Part shown: positions 23,746 through 35,700 of the stretch, piece after piece
How positions within the stretch are numbered: position 1 is the stretch's first letter
How the letters are laid out: each line of letters starts with the position of its first letter
DNA from: Antedon mediterranea
Taxonomy: Eukaryota; Animalia; Echinodermata
Length of the DNA: 64,000 nucleotides
Assembly: GCF_964355755.1 (NCBI RefSeq)
Contig: NC_092672.1
Span: 13,950,001-14,014,000 of the forward strand
Direction of reading: 5' to 3'
Program-made: the position numbers and the translations under genes
The notes under the pieces: generated by a model
Databases searched by the model: none
What the model saw: the letters and a program-made list of their open reading frames with translations, nothing else
What the model was told of the DNA's origin: nothing

Positions 23746-26700
23746 TTAATGTTTCTTGGTCGGTCCCCAGTGAGCATGTCTCGGCGGAGTTGGTACAGAT
23801 GCAGCTCCAATGGATGGAAAAGCTTCTGTATCTTGGGTGTTTGGAGGTGCTTGATTCCATGGAGCTCCTGTCACAATATACCCAGCATTTGGCGGTTCGG
23901 TCTTATTGTGTTGCTTCTCCTTACGACTCGGAGCTTGTGTATACTGAGACATCATCTCAGAATCGTTAATATCTTGTAGCTGCAATACAAAAATCTTAAA
24001 TTAAAACTCTCAGTGAATTGTGAACAGATTATTATAAAGCCATTGATATTATTCTTATTCATATTATATATATGATAAAAAATTAATGATGATGAAGGGC
24101 TAGTGTTGCCCGAAAGCAATGCTAATTTATCTGGCTGTTTTACTTTATTGTTTTTGATTCTGCTTTTCACAGCATTGTCATTTTGTATCTCCATTGAGAT
24201 TCAGCCACTGATACCCACAGCATTGTCATTTTTCAGTAATTTGCCTTTTGATTTATAAAATTAATGAATATAATTGTGTAAAAATAGTTTAATAGATGAA
24301 TTGTTCAATAGTTTATATTTTTTTATTTTAATAAATGCAATACACTAGCATACGGAAAATAATTTCCAATTATATTGAACAAATTAAATGCTGAAAGAAT
24401 TATTATTATTATTATAACATTTTCTAAAATGATATTAAATAGAAAAAGATATACTAACATATTCTTCTTCTCTATTCTGCAATTCATCTTTGCAGTCATA
24501 AACATCATCCTCCATTCCAGTGACAGTGACGATGTCTGGATCAGGATCGGTGTTACGTGGAAAGCGGATGTCAACTTTGTAGTCGTCCATCACCTTGCGT
24601 ATTGCACGTCCCCTTCCTCCAATAAGACGACTGTGAATACGATGATCAATCTTTACCTCAATGGTCACCTGATCTTCCTATTAAATAAAAATAAATAGAT
24701 TAAACATTGATTTTTAGTCATTTTAAATCATTTCCATTACATTATTAAATTACTCAATATAAGAATATACAAAATAATTACTGTATATTTAACTTCAATG
24801 AGTTTAGAGTACTACTTTATAAAATGATCACACTTGAACTCCACATTAAAAAAGGCTACCACCTCCCTCACTTAGCCAGATGCATACTTTTATACATTCA
24901 TATACATACAAGGGCACATGTATAGAACTGCTGTGTAATCCTTCCACCTACAAGCATTCATTTTAGACATGAATTTCATGCATAGCATTTATGATCAATG
25001 AGGAAACAGTTGAACCAGGTATGAAGGTATGGTTTTAAATGTAAACTCGACCAAAAACCCATTGACTTCCCTCAATTTAACATTTTTTCCTTTTTTCAGG
25101 TAAATAATTTTGTTTCTATCGAATTTCTGGTCAAAGTGAGTAGCTATTATGTGGCAATAAAATGGCATACTCAACTAAAACATTTTTTTAAATATTTTAA
25201 ACAATGTGGCTTACCAACTCTTGGACAAGTTCAAGAATAGCATCTTTAGCTGCATTTGCTTTTGATTCATATCCAGTTATTTTAATGCAGTCTTGTTCTG
25301 TATCATCTCGTTCTGGGAACTGAATGTTGACGTCATGATCTTGTCTAATTTTAGTGATAACGGCTCCTCTGCGTCCAATGATCTTAGGATGATGTTTTGG
25401 ATCAACATTCACAGTCACTTCAAAGTTTCTCAACATCTAATAAATTATTTTTATTTTATAAATCTTCTTCATATACAGTTTGGCAATTAAAAGTAAAATA
25501 ACTAAAGCACTGTCTACACTATAACACATAAAAATGTGATATACCAAATAATATGGTAGTGATATGACCTCATTGGTCCATATATGGTTACATCAAGTTT
25601 TTTTGTCACATCAAGTTTTTTGTCACATTAAGTTTGATAGTGTAGACAGAGCTTTACGGAATGTACTAAAATACATATTATTTTAAACCAATGCAGTAAA
25701 ACTGTTCCCTAATAATATAAATTAATTTAACAGAGAATTGTATACTGCAACTGAATGTTATGTCTAAAGTTTCTAATATGTATTTGTATCTTCTTTTTAA
25801 CTGTAGTGTACATGTTGTTTTGTTTCCCCTGCAACAGCTTGGTCCTCCAAGCTGTGACCTGGAAGTTAGGTAACATTCTTATATCTAATCGAAGAAATAT
25901 ATAAGAATGATGATGATTTTGATGGTTTGAAGACAGTAGACTGAAATAACAATTTCTAACTACTTCTATGAATGGATGACTAGCCGGTGACAATAACGCT
26001 AGTTGGTCATACCCAGTACCGTTTTGATTTTACGATCATTCGGGAAACCACCTCACGACAAATATATAAGAATGGTGATGATTTTGATGGTTTGAAGACA
26101 GTAGACTGAAATAACAATGTACTTACTCTATCTTCTTTTTCTTCATCCAGTTCCTTAACACGATCAATGAGTGCTTGTTTAGCTTCTTGTACATTGTTTG
26201 GAGGGCCAGTCAGTTTTACTATGTTACATTGTTGATTGGCAGGAGGTATAGCAATATTCACCTGCAGAACACACATTAGACGAAACAAAAAACATTTCAA
26301 TCAATTAAAAAATACTTAAAGATGTATTGTCCATTGAAACACAAAAAATGAAGGTCAAAATATTCTAAATTTAAATTGGCCATATCAAAGTAATATTAAA
26401 GTTATTCACTTCAAGATGAAAATTCGAGCCAAAAACAACAAGTTTACGTAATTAATAGGTAAATTAATTTGATTACATTTCGTCTGGAAATCCATATCGA
26501 GCGAAAGTAAACAAAGATTTTAAACCACAAATATGCATTATGCATGATGCTAATTAGGATTGTTTACAACTCGTCACGGTTGAGAAGGTGTTTTTTATGA
26601 TTATGCATACAGGGTAGCCAAACAAGCGCGTTGCACTATGAAATGTTTTGATTGAAAACTTTGACTGGAAGTCAAAGTTATTTTTTGAACAAAAAAATGT

Positions 26701-29700
26701 CTATATTTTAGTTAAATGATTTTTCGGCTAATTTTTGGTGAAACTATTATGATACTTCAAAATGACCCATTTTTTTTCAAAATCTTTTATTTTTTTATTT
26801 TTTTTGGAATTAATCAAAGGGACTAGATAACAACTTTTACAGGAAAGGTGTAAATATAAATGCTACAAATAGTTGAAACAATTTAATAAATGCAATCATT
26901 GAAGTTGAAATGATATGATTGTTAAAAAGGATCAATGGAATGGTTCACAAATTATGTCAACACAGTTTGTGAACAAAATGTACGGGCTGATAATTCTTGC
27001 TTTCCACACGAAGAACCCGAACTTTTCAGGCTCAGCTGAGCATGGCCGACTTTGGGTTGCAACACCTCACTAAACATGTCCAAACCAAGAAAGATCACCT
27101 AAAAATCTGTATCAGCAATCTGACTCGTTCATTTTTTTTTTCTACTTTTAATTCTAAACTTTAATTTAAAAGCTAAACGCAACTGAACATCGACTGGAAA
27201 ACAGGCTTTAATGATGAGCGAGTAATATTACAAATTGAATAAAAAAAAATGTGGATGCAGTTAACTAAAATTGTACGTTTTACATTATGAACTTAATGTT
27301 TTACAGACAATTTTTACTTTTTGGAAGCATTTGATTGTATAAATGTAAATGTCTTACATCAAATTGTTGCATCATTCGTTTCACACCGCTTCCTTTCTGT
27401 CCAATGATGAATCGATGGTAATCATATGGCACATCAACCTCTTCAACAATGGGAACAAGAGCCTACAATACAACAATAGTTGTTTTGTCAATCATTATAA
27501 TTCAATCAAGTAATCATTACAGGAACAATTAACATGGATGTATTCAATGTGAATTATTTACCTAAAAACTGTATTTTAAAGCAAGAAATAGTCAAATTGT
27601 CTGTTTAAACATTTATTTTGTCTTTTTATCATTATCATCATTATTTTTTTTTTTCTAATAACTTTATTACAAATGCAACCTGGCCTATTCAAAACACATT
27701 TTTGGAGTTTTATTAGTTAAAATATCTATATACCTCCTAACTAATGTTATATTTTTTTATCCAACAATAATTATCTGAAACTATATAATGTATTGACTGA
27801 AATGTAAATTGTGACAGTTATATTCAAATATTGCATCATCAAAAGGAAATTCTTATCAAATACATAATTGTTCAGTGGATCAAATTTCTTAGAAATGTGT
27901 ATGTATTGAAAAACAACTAGTTCTTACAAGTAGTGCATCTTTTGCACTTTCACAATTCTCTTTTGTTCCAGTAATGAAGATGATGTCGCTCTTTTTAGGT
28001 TTGTCTTCCTCACTTGTTTCACTACTAGCATCTCCATTCACCTGTGGTTCTTCAGTTGTTGAACCATTTGCTAAAACAATCAACAATGAGCTTTGTTATT
28101 GAGTGCATGAATCACATTTGTCTACACTATCAAACTTTGTGAGAAAAAAAATGTGATGTGCCCATATATGGATATGATGATGTCATATCACTACCACATT
28201 TGGGAATATCACTACCATTTTTGGCAAACTGGTAGACAGAGCTTTAATGGTGAACATACATTTTGAAAATGTTGAAAGTAATAAAGTAAACTTCAGTTTG
28301 TATCTGAGCCATATTAATGTCGCATAATAGTTATTCACTTGGATAAAAAAAAATATTTACCTGAAACCTGGGTTTTTGGTTTAACCAGGGAAGAGGAAAT
28401 GTTCACTCTTTCCTAGTTGAACTTAACCATTTATTTTGGGTTTTTATAAGTAAAAACCATTAATATTTTTAAGGTTTTTTTTTTATACGTAAGTAACTTT
28501 ATTAAAACTGAAAAATGGCCTATCAAAGTCTTTTCTATAAACTGTTTGTATGTTCTTGAAGGACAATACATCTTTAAAGTGCATACAAAATTATTATTAA
28601 CATCTCAAAGCAAAGACAAACATGTCATTAAATTAATAAGAGAATTAGTTTGTTAAATGTGATAGTTGACAGTGAACAATGTGCACTTGAGGTTTACCTG
28701 TCGAATATGGACGGTCACCAATTAAATTTATAATAACCTCTGTGTTGTAATGTAGACAATATGGCATGGAATTATCAAATGTGGTCTAAAAACACCTTTT
28801 TGTTAGAATAAGGGAGTGAGTAGTTTAGAAAAGCAGCAGATAGAATAACATAATAATATAGTAACATTTTTGTAATATAGATTCTGTGATCTTACTTTCA
28901 GGATTTTGGATGCGATCTGGGAATTTGATGCCTACTTCGTATTTCGCAGTAACTGCTTGTACTCTGGAACCCTTGGATCCCATGACAGTACGGTGGTATC
29001 TCTGAGCAATGATGCACTCTATGGTAACTTGCGATTCCTATAGATAAAACAAAATAGCATTAATAACACCACTGCTTCTTTTTTTTAATATGAAATTATT
29101 ATCCAATCGAGTTCGAACAATACCATGAATGCCCCAGTGGTCTAATGGTTAGGACATCTGCATATCAAGCAGGCGGTCCAAGTTCGAGTCTCGGTTGGGG
29201 CGACTTTTTCTCATTCTAACAGATTTCCTCATCTTTATCGTTTCAAATTAATTAATTAAATTTCAGTATATCACCGGGCGGTTTAGAATTAATGTTCTTT
29301 GCCTCTTGTGTTTATATATATAAAAGTATCTCTTCGGAGATCCCGCCTCGTGAATAAAAATACTGAAAGATGAGGGCGTATCAATTTGATCTCTGTTGCG
29401 CATGCGTACAACTGAGGACTAGTGCTGTTCCGCCGTACCACGCCGAGAATGTTAAAGAGTCGTTATCCAATCGAGTTCGAACAATACCACGAAAGCCCCA
29501 GTGGTCTAATGGTTAGGACATCTGCATATCAAGCAGGCGGTCCGAGTTCGAGTCTCGGTTGGGGCGACTTTTTCTCATTCTCACAGATTTCCTCATCTTT
29601 ATCGTTTCAAATTAATTAATTAAATTTCAGTATATCACCGGGCGGTTTAGAATTAATGTTCTTTGCCTCTTGTGTTTAATATAATAATATAGATATATAT

Positions 29701-32700
29701 AATTATTCTTTTCTTACCAATTCTCCAACGATATTCTGGATGCGCATTTTTGCCCCTTCAACACAGTCTTTTGACCCCTTGATGCTCACTTTGTCGCTTT
29801 TTGAACCGTTACGAGGAAAGCTGATTTGAACATTTCCATACTCATCTCCAATCTCACGCAGAATTTGTCCACGTCGTGCTACAAAGTGTCGATGATATTT
29901 AGGGTCTACAGCAATTTCACCTTCCACAATGTTTTCCTAAAAAATCAGTAAAAACTAATAAGCCATTCTTTACAAATGCAATAATTACAACAACAAAAAC
30001 AATCAAACAAAACAGTTGAATGTTAACACACTGACAACTTGCTGAGGTCAATGTCAACAGAACAGTTCCACATTTATAAATTACCAATTGCTTACCAAGT
30101 CTTTGATCAGCATATCCAACTTTTCCTTAGCTTTCTTTACGGCATCCTTCTTGCCGATCAATTGAATAGTTTGCTGGTCTTCGTCCTTGGGAGATGGGAA
30201 TGCGATTCTTGCACCAGTTTCTTCGCGAACACTACGGATATTTACACCACCACGTCCAATCAAAAATTTGTGAAACTCTGGTTTTGCTTGTACCTCAGCA
30301 GTGAAACTGGATTCCTCCTGCATATAAAACACAACTTGATTACCATATTTACTTGAATAAACGCCTCAGTTTACTGTTCAGGGAGGAAGGCGTTTATTCG
30401 GAGGAGGCGTTTATTCGGAGGAGGCGTTTATTTGGAGGAGGCATTTTTTTTGGGTGTAATATTGTAAAATGCATAATCAAATACCCTCTAGATATGAAAA
30501 AATACAACACAATTAATACTATTGTGTATATCGGGTGGCAGGGCGTTTATTCAAGTTAACAAATACAATTTTTACTAAACAAAATTTTTACTAAACACAA
30601 TTTTTAGAGATTTGTTGGTTATTAGTAACCCCTGTAGCAATGAAAGTATTACAAAGGACAAAATTAAACTCCTTACCATGTCACTAGCAAGTTCCAAGAG
30701 ATGATCCTTGGCTTTTTCTACTTCCTCTTTTGGTCCTCTGATTGACACTTTATCACTTCCGGAACCTTCATTGGGAAAATGGATGTAAACTCCACCACAA
30801 TCATCCATGATTTGACGCACAAGACGTCCTTTAGCACCAATCAAAGACTGGTGATACTTAGATGGTATCTTCACATCTTCTTCTACAATATTCACCTGTC
30901 ACATTAAAAAGTAAACTGCTAAATCTATCTACACATCAAACATGCATAAAAAATAATCTACACTAATTCATTCATTCTAAGTAGAATCCCTTCTTTGGGA
31001 CACTTATTTTAAGGTGTCCCATTTATCAATTAATCCTATAAAGAATATGAATAGAGTACAATTACAGCTCTTTTAACTGCAAAACTAAAGAATAAACCAT
31101 GATGTACTTGAAATGTATTCAAAATATGCTATTTATCCTATTGCGTTATTAGTCTAGGAGTTTTAGGCTTTGAGGTAGAAATAAATATGCTAAAGCTGAA
31201 TTTGTCAGGATAATTCCCAAATGTGGTGCGGAACAATTTACTAAAAGTCCCCGGGTTTCCCCGGTGTGCTAACCTGATTGGGCCATAGTTTACCATGGCT
31301 GCAAATCTTTAAAATAATTACCATATGTTGACAACCAGTAGGTGAGATTAAACAGATTATTTTAGCAGTAGATGATGTGGAAGATGCCAAACAGTAAAAA
31401 CACAATACACTTGCTTACCAAATCTTTTTGAATAACCAAGATCATTTCTTTTGCTTTCTCAGCATTCTGTTTTGTTCCAATAACCACTATAATATCACTA
31501 TCGCTATTCTCTGTTGGAATTTCTATTTTTGTTCCAGTCACATCTTTGATCTAAAATTTAAAAATCATATATTTCAAACTTCATCTTCATTTGAACCACT
31601 CACTATTAAAGAAGTCAATACTAATATAAAGTCAGATAAATTGAGAGATCAGATCAAAAACATATTTAGGGCTAATCTGTGCTCTTTTTAAAATACAGCC
31701 AAACTTCAACATTTGCAGAGCTCTCAAATTTAGATAAATCAACACATTTTGATATGGTTCACCACACCACAGAATCTAAGGCCCATGGACAGTAGTTACT
31801 CGGGCATGTGATGTATAAATCAACACATTTTGATATGGTTCACCACACCACAGAATCTAAGGCCCATGGACAGTAGTTACTCGGGCATGTGATGTATAAA
31901 TCAACACATTTTGATATGGTTCACCACACCACAGAATCTAAGGCCCATGGACAGTAGTTACTCGGGCATGTGATGTATATCAAAACAAGTTTTTTATGTC
32001 GTTAAATACATCAAATTGATGTTTAGGCTTACAACATGAGTCTGACAGACTGCCAGTAATACGCATGATGAATAAAGATGTGAAAATCATCATAGAATGA
32101 GATAAGAACAGAAAAATATGAAAGTCAAAGTAAACTAACCTTGTTAATGGTGTTTCCACCTTTACCAATGATGTTCTTGTGGAATTTCTTGTAAACTGGA
32201 ACATCAAGACGGTAATTCTTTGCAGCCTAAATCAAATTGAAAACAAAAGTTGGTTAATACTGATTAAAACATTACATGCACAAACACACATCTTAAAACA
32301 CTAAGGTAAATATATAAGAATGCAATACACCAAAAAAATGCATGCAAGTTAAAGCGCTGTCCACACTATCAAACTAGTCCGACAACAAAAATGTGATGTG
32401 CCCAAATATGGCAGTGATATGAAATCATCACGTCCATATGGGCACATCACATTTGTTGTCACATAAAGTTTGATAGTGTAGACAGAGCTTAAGGCATAAA
32501 CAAATTGTTCTTACATGATCAGCCACCATTTGTTGCAGGTACTTGTAGCATTTTTCAACGTCTTGTTTGGGTCCTCTCAATGACACAATGTCACTCTTTT
32601 CATTAGGGTTAGGGAATGTGATTTGAACATCTTTGAACAGATCACGTACACCTTTGATATTTTCACCTTTGGATCCAATGATAGCACGATGGTAACGATG

Positions 32701-35700
32701 GTCTATCAGGATATCCTTGCTTTTTTCATTTTCCTATGGATATGAATCAACAAAAAAACATGTATATAAAATATTATATAGCACATATTTGTTTGGACAA
32801 TTACGGGTCATTTGATAAAAGTTAAGTGCCCTATGAATGACTCTACATAGTGCGGTAAATTCCAATTTTTACAAGAAGTGTAGACAGCTTGACGCCTCAG
32901 CGAAAGCATAACAACAGTTCTTTGCACATGCTCCAGGGAAGCAAATTTTTTAACAAAAACAAAACAAAAAAATCTCCGATTGTTATTATTGCTCTGTCGA
33001 AAGTGATGATGAAATTACATGATGATGCAGATTAAAAAACACCAAAAAACAAATCAAATATGTGGTTAGTAGGCTATAGAGTTAGTCTTTAGATGTTATT
33101 AAAATAACAATTAGGTATCCTACTAGTCGACCTAGGATAGCCTACGTTTCAATCTGAATGAAATGATAAGAATCTACTTAGGTATTATATAAAACAAATA
33201 AGAATGTTTTTATATTTTATATTTGTGCTATGGTACAAATAATTTCACTTGTGAAATTATTTATAGCATTACACACATTAGTTGTACACCAACATATTTT
33301 TGTTTGCATAAACAATAAAGGTTGATGTACAGTAAGTGTTTAGACATACCATTCTATGAGCCATATCTAACAGTTCTTTCTTGGCCTGCTGAACGCCTTC
33401 AGGACTTCCTTCAATCCTAATTGTATTGCTCGGCTTTTCATCAGAAGGGATTAGAATAGAAACACCAGTAGCATTCTTAATACGATTCACTGAAACAAAA
33501 AAACACCAAAACTATTAATGCTGAAAACACACTTTTTTACACACAAACTTTGATTACAGTTGATGTACCAATGAAGTGTATCCAACACAAAGACTGTCTG
33601 GAATATAATATGTATTTAAACTCACTAAACACAAGCAGAAAATTAATGTTGGCAAATGTGGTGCTTATGATGAAATTTCATGGCTTAGATGTTAACTTTT
33701 ATAAGCAGTGAGCAAATGTTAAATTGAGTATACTTTATACATACCATTGACACCATTCTTTCCAATGATATGCTTGTGAAACTTCTGACTGATTTCAACG
33801 TTGGCAAAGTCAAATCGCAATTGGAGATCTTTTGAGATGTCATCTAAGGCTTTGCGTGCTTGCTCCACTTCTTCAGGTGGGCCCTCCACAATAATAGCAT
33901 CACGGCCATCTTGAAATTCAATGTGAACCTTAGGTAGATTCTGTGTAATTTCACGGATGTTCTTGCCTTTGCGTCCAATGATAAATCGATGAAGCCATGA
34001 TGGTGCATATACCTCTTCAATTATAACACTGTTAGCCTATACAAAAATATTAAATTTTAATTTATCTTGTAATAACAAGCCTGAAAAAGTGTGTAGTTGT
34101 AACTGAAAAAACATTATTACTATAACAGTTAGAATAATAGAAACACCATGACAACAAAAACATAGTCAAGTGTACATAAATTAAATATAATGTAATTAAT
34201 CTATAATTGTTTGAATATTGTTTTAAAATTTCTCTTGCTATACATTGCTCTAGACGCAATTTTTTTTCCAATCAGTTTAAGGCAGAAATCATAAATAATG
34301 CACAAGTAAAGAAAGCTGAACTATTTCATAAATGAACCCAACCTTTCGATCGAAAGACTTTGATCGTCTTCAGGACTGAGAATTCAGAAAGTGGGATTAT
34401 AAGTGAAATTGGGTGGAATTAGTGTGAAATCTAAAAAATAGCGAGGTTCACAATAGGTGGGATTGAAAGATAAGCTTTATATCAGCATATTGATTTGACT
34501 ATGAAAACCTTCAAACAATAGACATAAGATACAAATTTGGTTACAAACCTTTGCATAAACTTGTGTGATAGCAGGGCCAAGTTTGTCTTGTTCACCTCTT
34601 AAAGTGATGGTTTCTGAGGTATCATCTGAAGGTGGTAGTTCAACTGATACACCAGTGGAGGCTAGGATTTCTTGAATTGTGGATCCACGGGGGCCAATTA
34701 CATACTTATGCTGAGATTTGCGTACTTCAAGGGATACGGTCGTGGTCTTGCGTTTCTAATTGTACCAAGAAAAATTATATATACAATAGATTAAACATTC
34801 TATTTTATATTTTAACAAAACAGCCTAGAAATACAAAAACAAAAAAAAAAGCCTTATTTATATTAAAGTATCAAACAAAAATGTACCTTTTCTTCATAGA
34901 TTGATTTGATTTGATTGACCGCAGCCTTCACTCCATCTTTCTCTCCAGACACAGCAATTTCGTCTTTATGTATAGTTGGAGGAGGTACGTTAATCTTAGC
35001 GCCAGTTTGTTCCATCATTAACTTTAGGTTCTTGTTGTCGGCTCCGCAGATGAAAGGGTGAAAATGACAAGGAATTTGAAGGATTTCAAATGCAAGCTTA
35101 GCCTACAACACAAAATGCATAGTAAATTCAAAATTGTAAATTTAACTTGATAAATATGTTTTCTAACATTTATTGTACAGTGTTGTGTGTTTATTTGTAA
35201 ATCATTAATTAAAGCTTAGAATGTGTCTCTTACTTGTGCATCAGATATAAGTTGTATTTCATGGCAGGCTTTATCAATGCCTTCCTTCGTTCCTACAATC
35301 TTAATGTAGTCTGCATTTTCATCGGAGTTTGGAATATTGATCTTAGTAGCTGTAGCCAACTCAAGTTCCTTCAGTTTAGCACCACTACGACCAATGATGT
35401 AGCGATGATGGTCTTTTGGAATGCTCAACTGTGCACTTGCCTAAGTTTAAAAAAAATTATTTCAATAATAATGGTTTCTCGTATATATGTAATTGAAACT
35501 TGTATTTTAAGGACTAATTTATTCACATCAAAATGTTGAATCCTATCATGATACATAAAGTAATAAAGTTTTTATTATATAATAAATGGTATTTATTTAC
35601 TTAAATGCAAATGTTATTTTACCTGTGTTTGAAGCTTGGAGATAAGTTCTCTGCGTGCCTTACGAACAGCATCCGATTTACCAGTCACAACAATAGTCAT

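Larger units (their letters stand above)
29099..29690 (+). repeat. 364-bp-period tandem duplication (about 1.6 units) carrying a tRNA-like gene
   Basis: TTATCCAATCGAGTTCGAACAATACCA...CTCTTGTGTTTA is near-identical at 29099 and 29463, each followed by TA-rich sequence. Confidence 0.9.

Noticed and set aside
25905-26110. C/D-box snoRNA (ATGATGA ... CTGA)
   Set aside because: The boxes are antisense to the host transcript, too close within one repeat copy, and explained by the 58-bp duplication.
26316-28577. A single TTAA-flanked transposon whose inverted ends enclose two vigilin exons
   Set aside because: The exons are ordinary collinear vigilin exons, and internal sequence near 26380 recurs near 28310, indicating two independent partial copies of one family.
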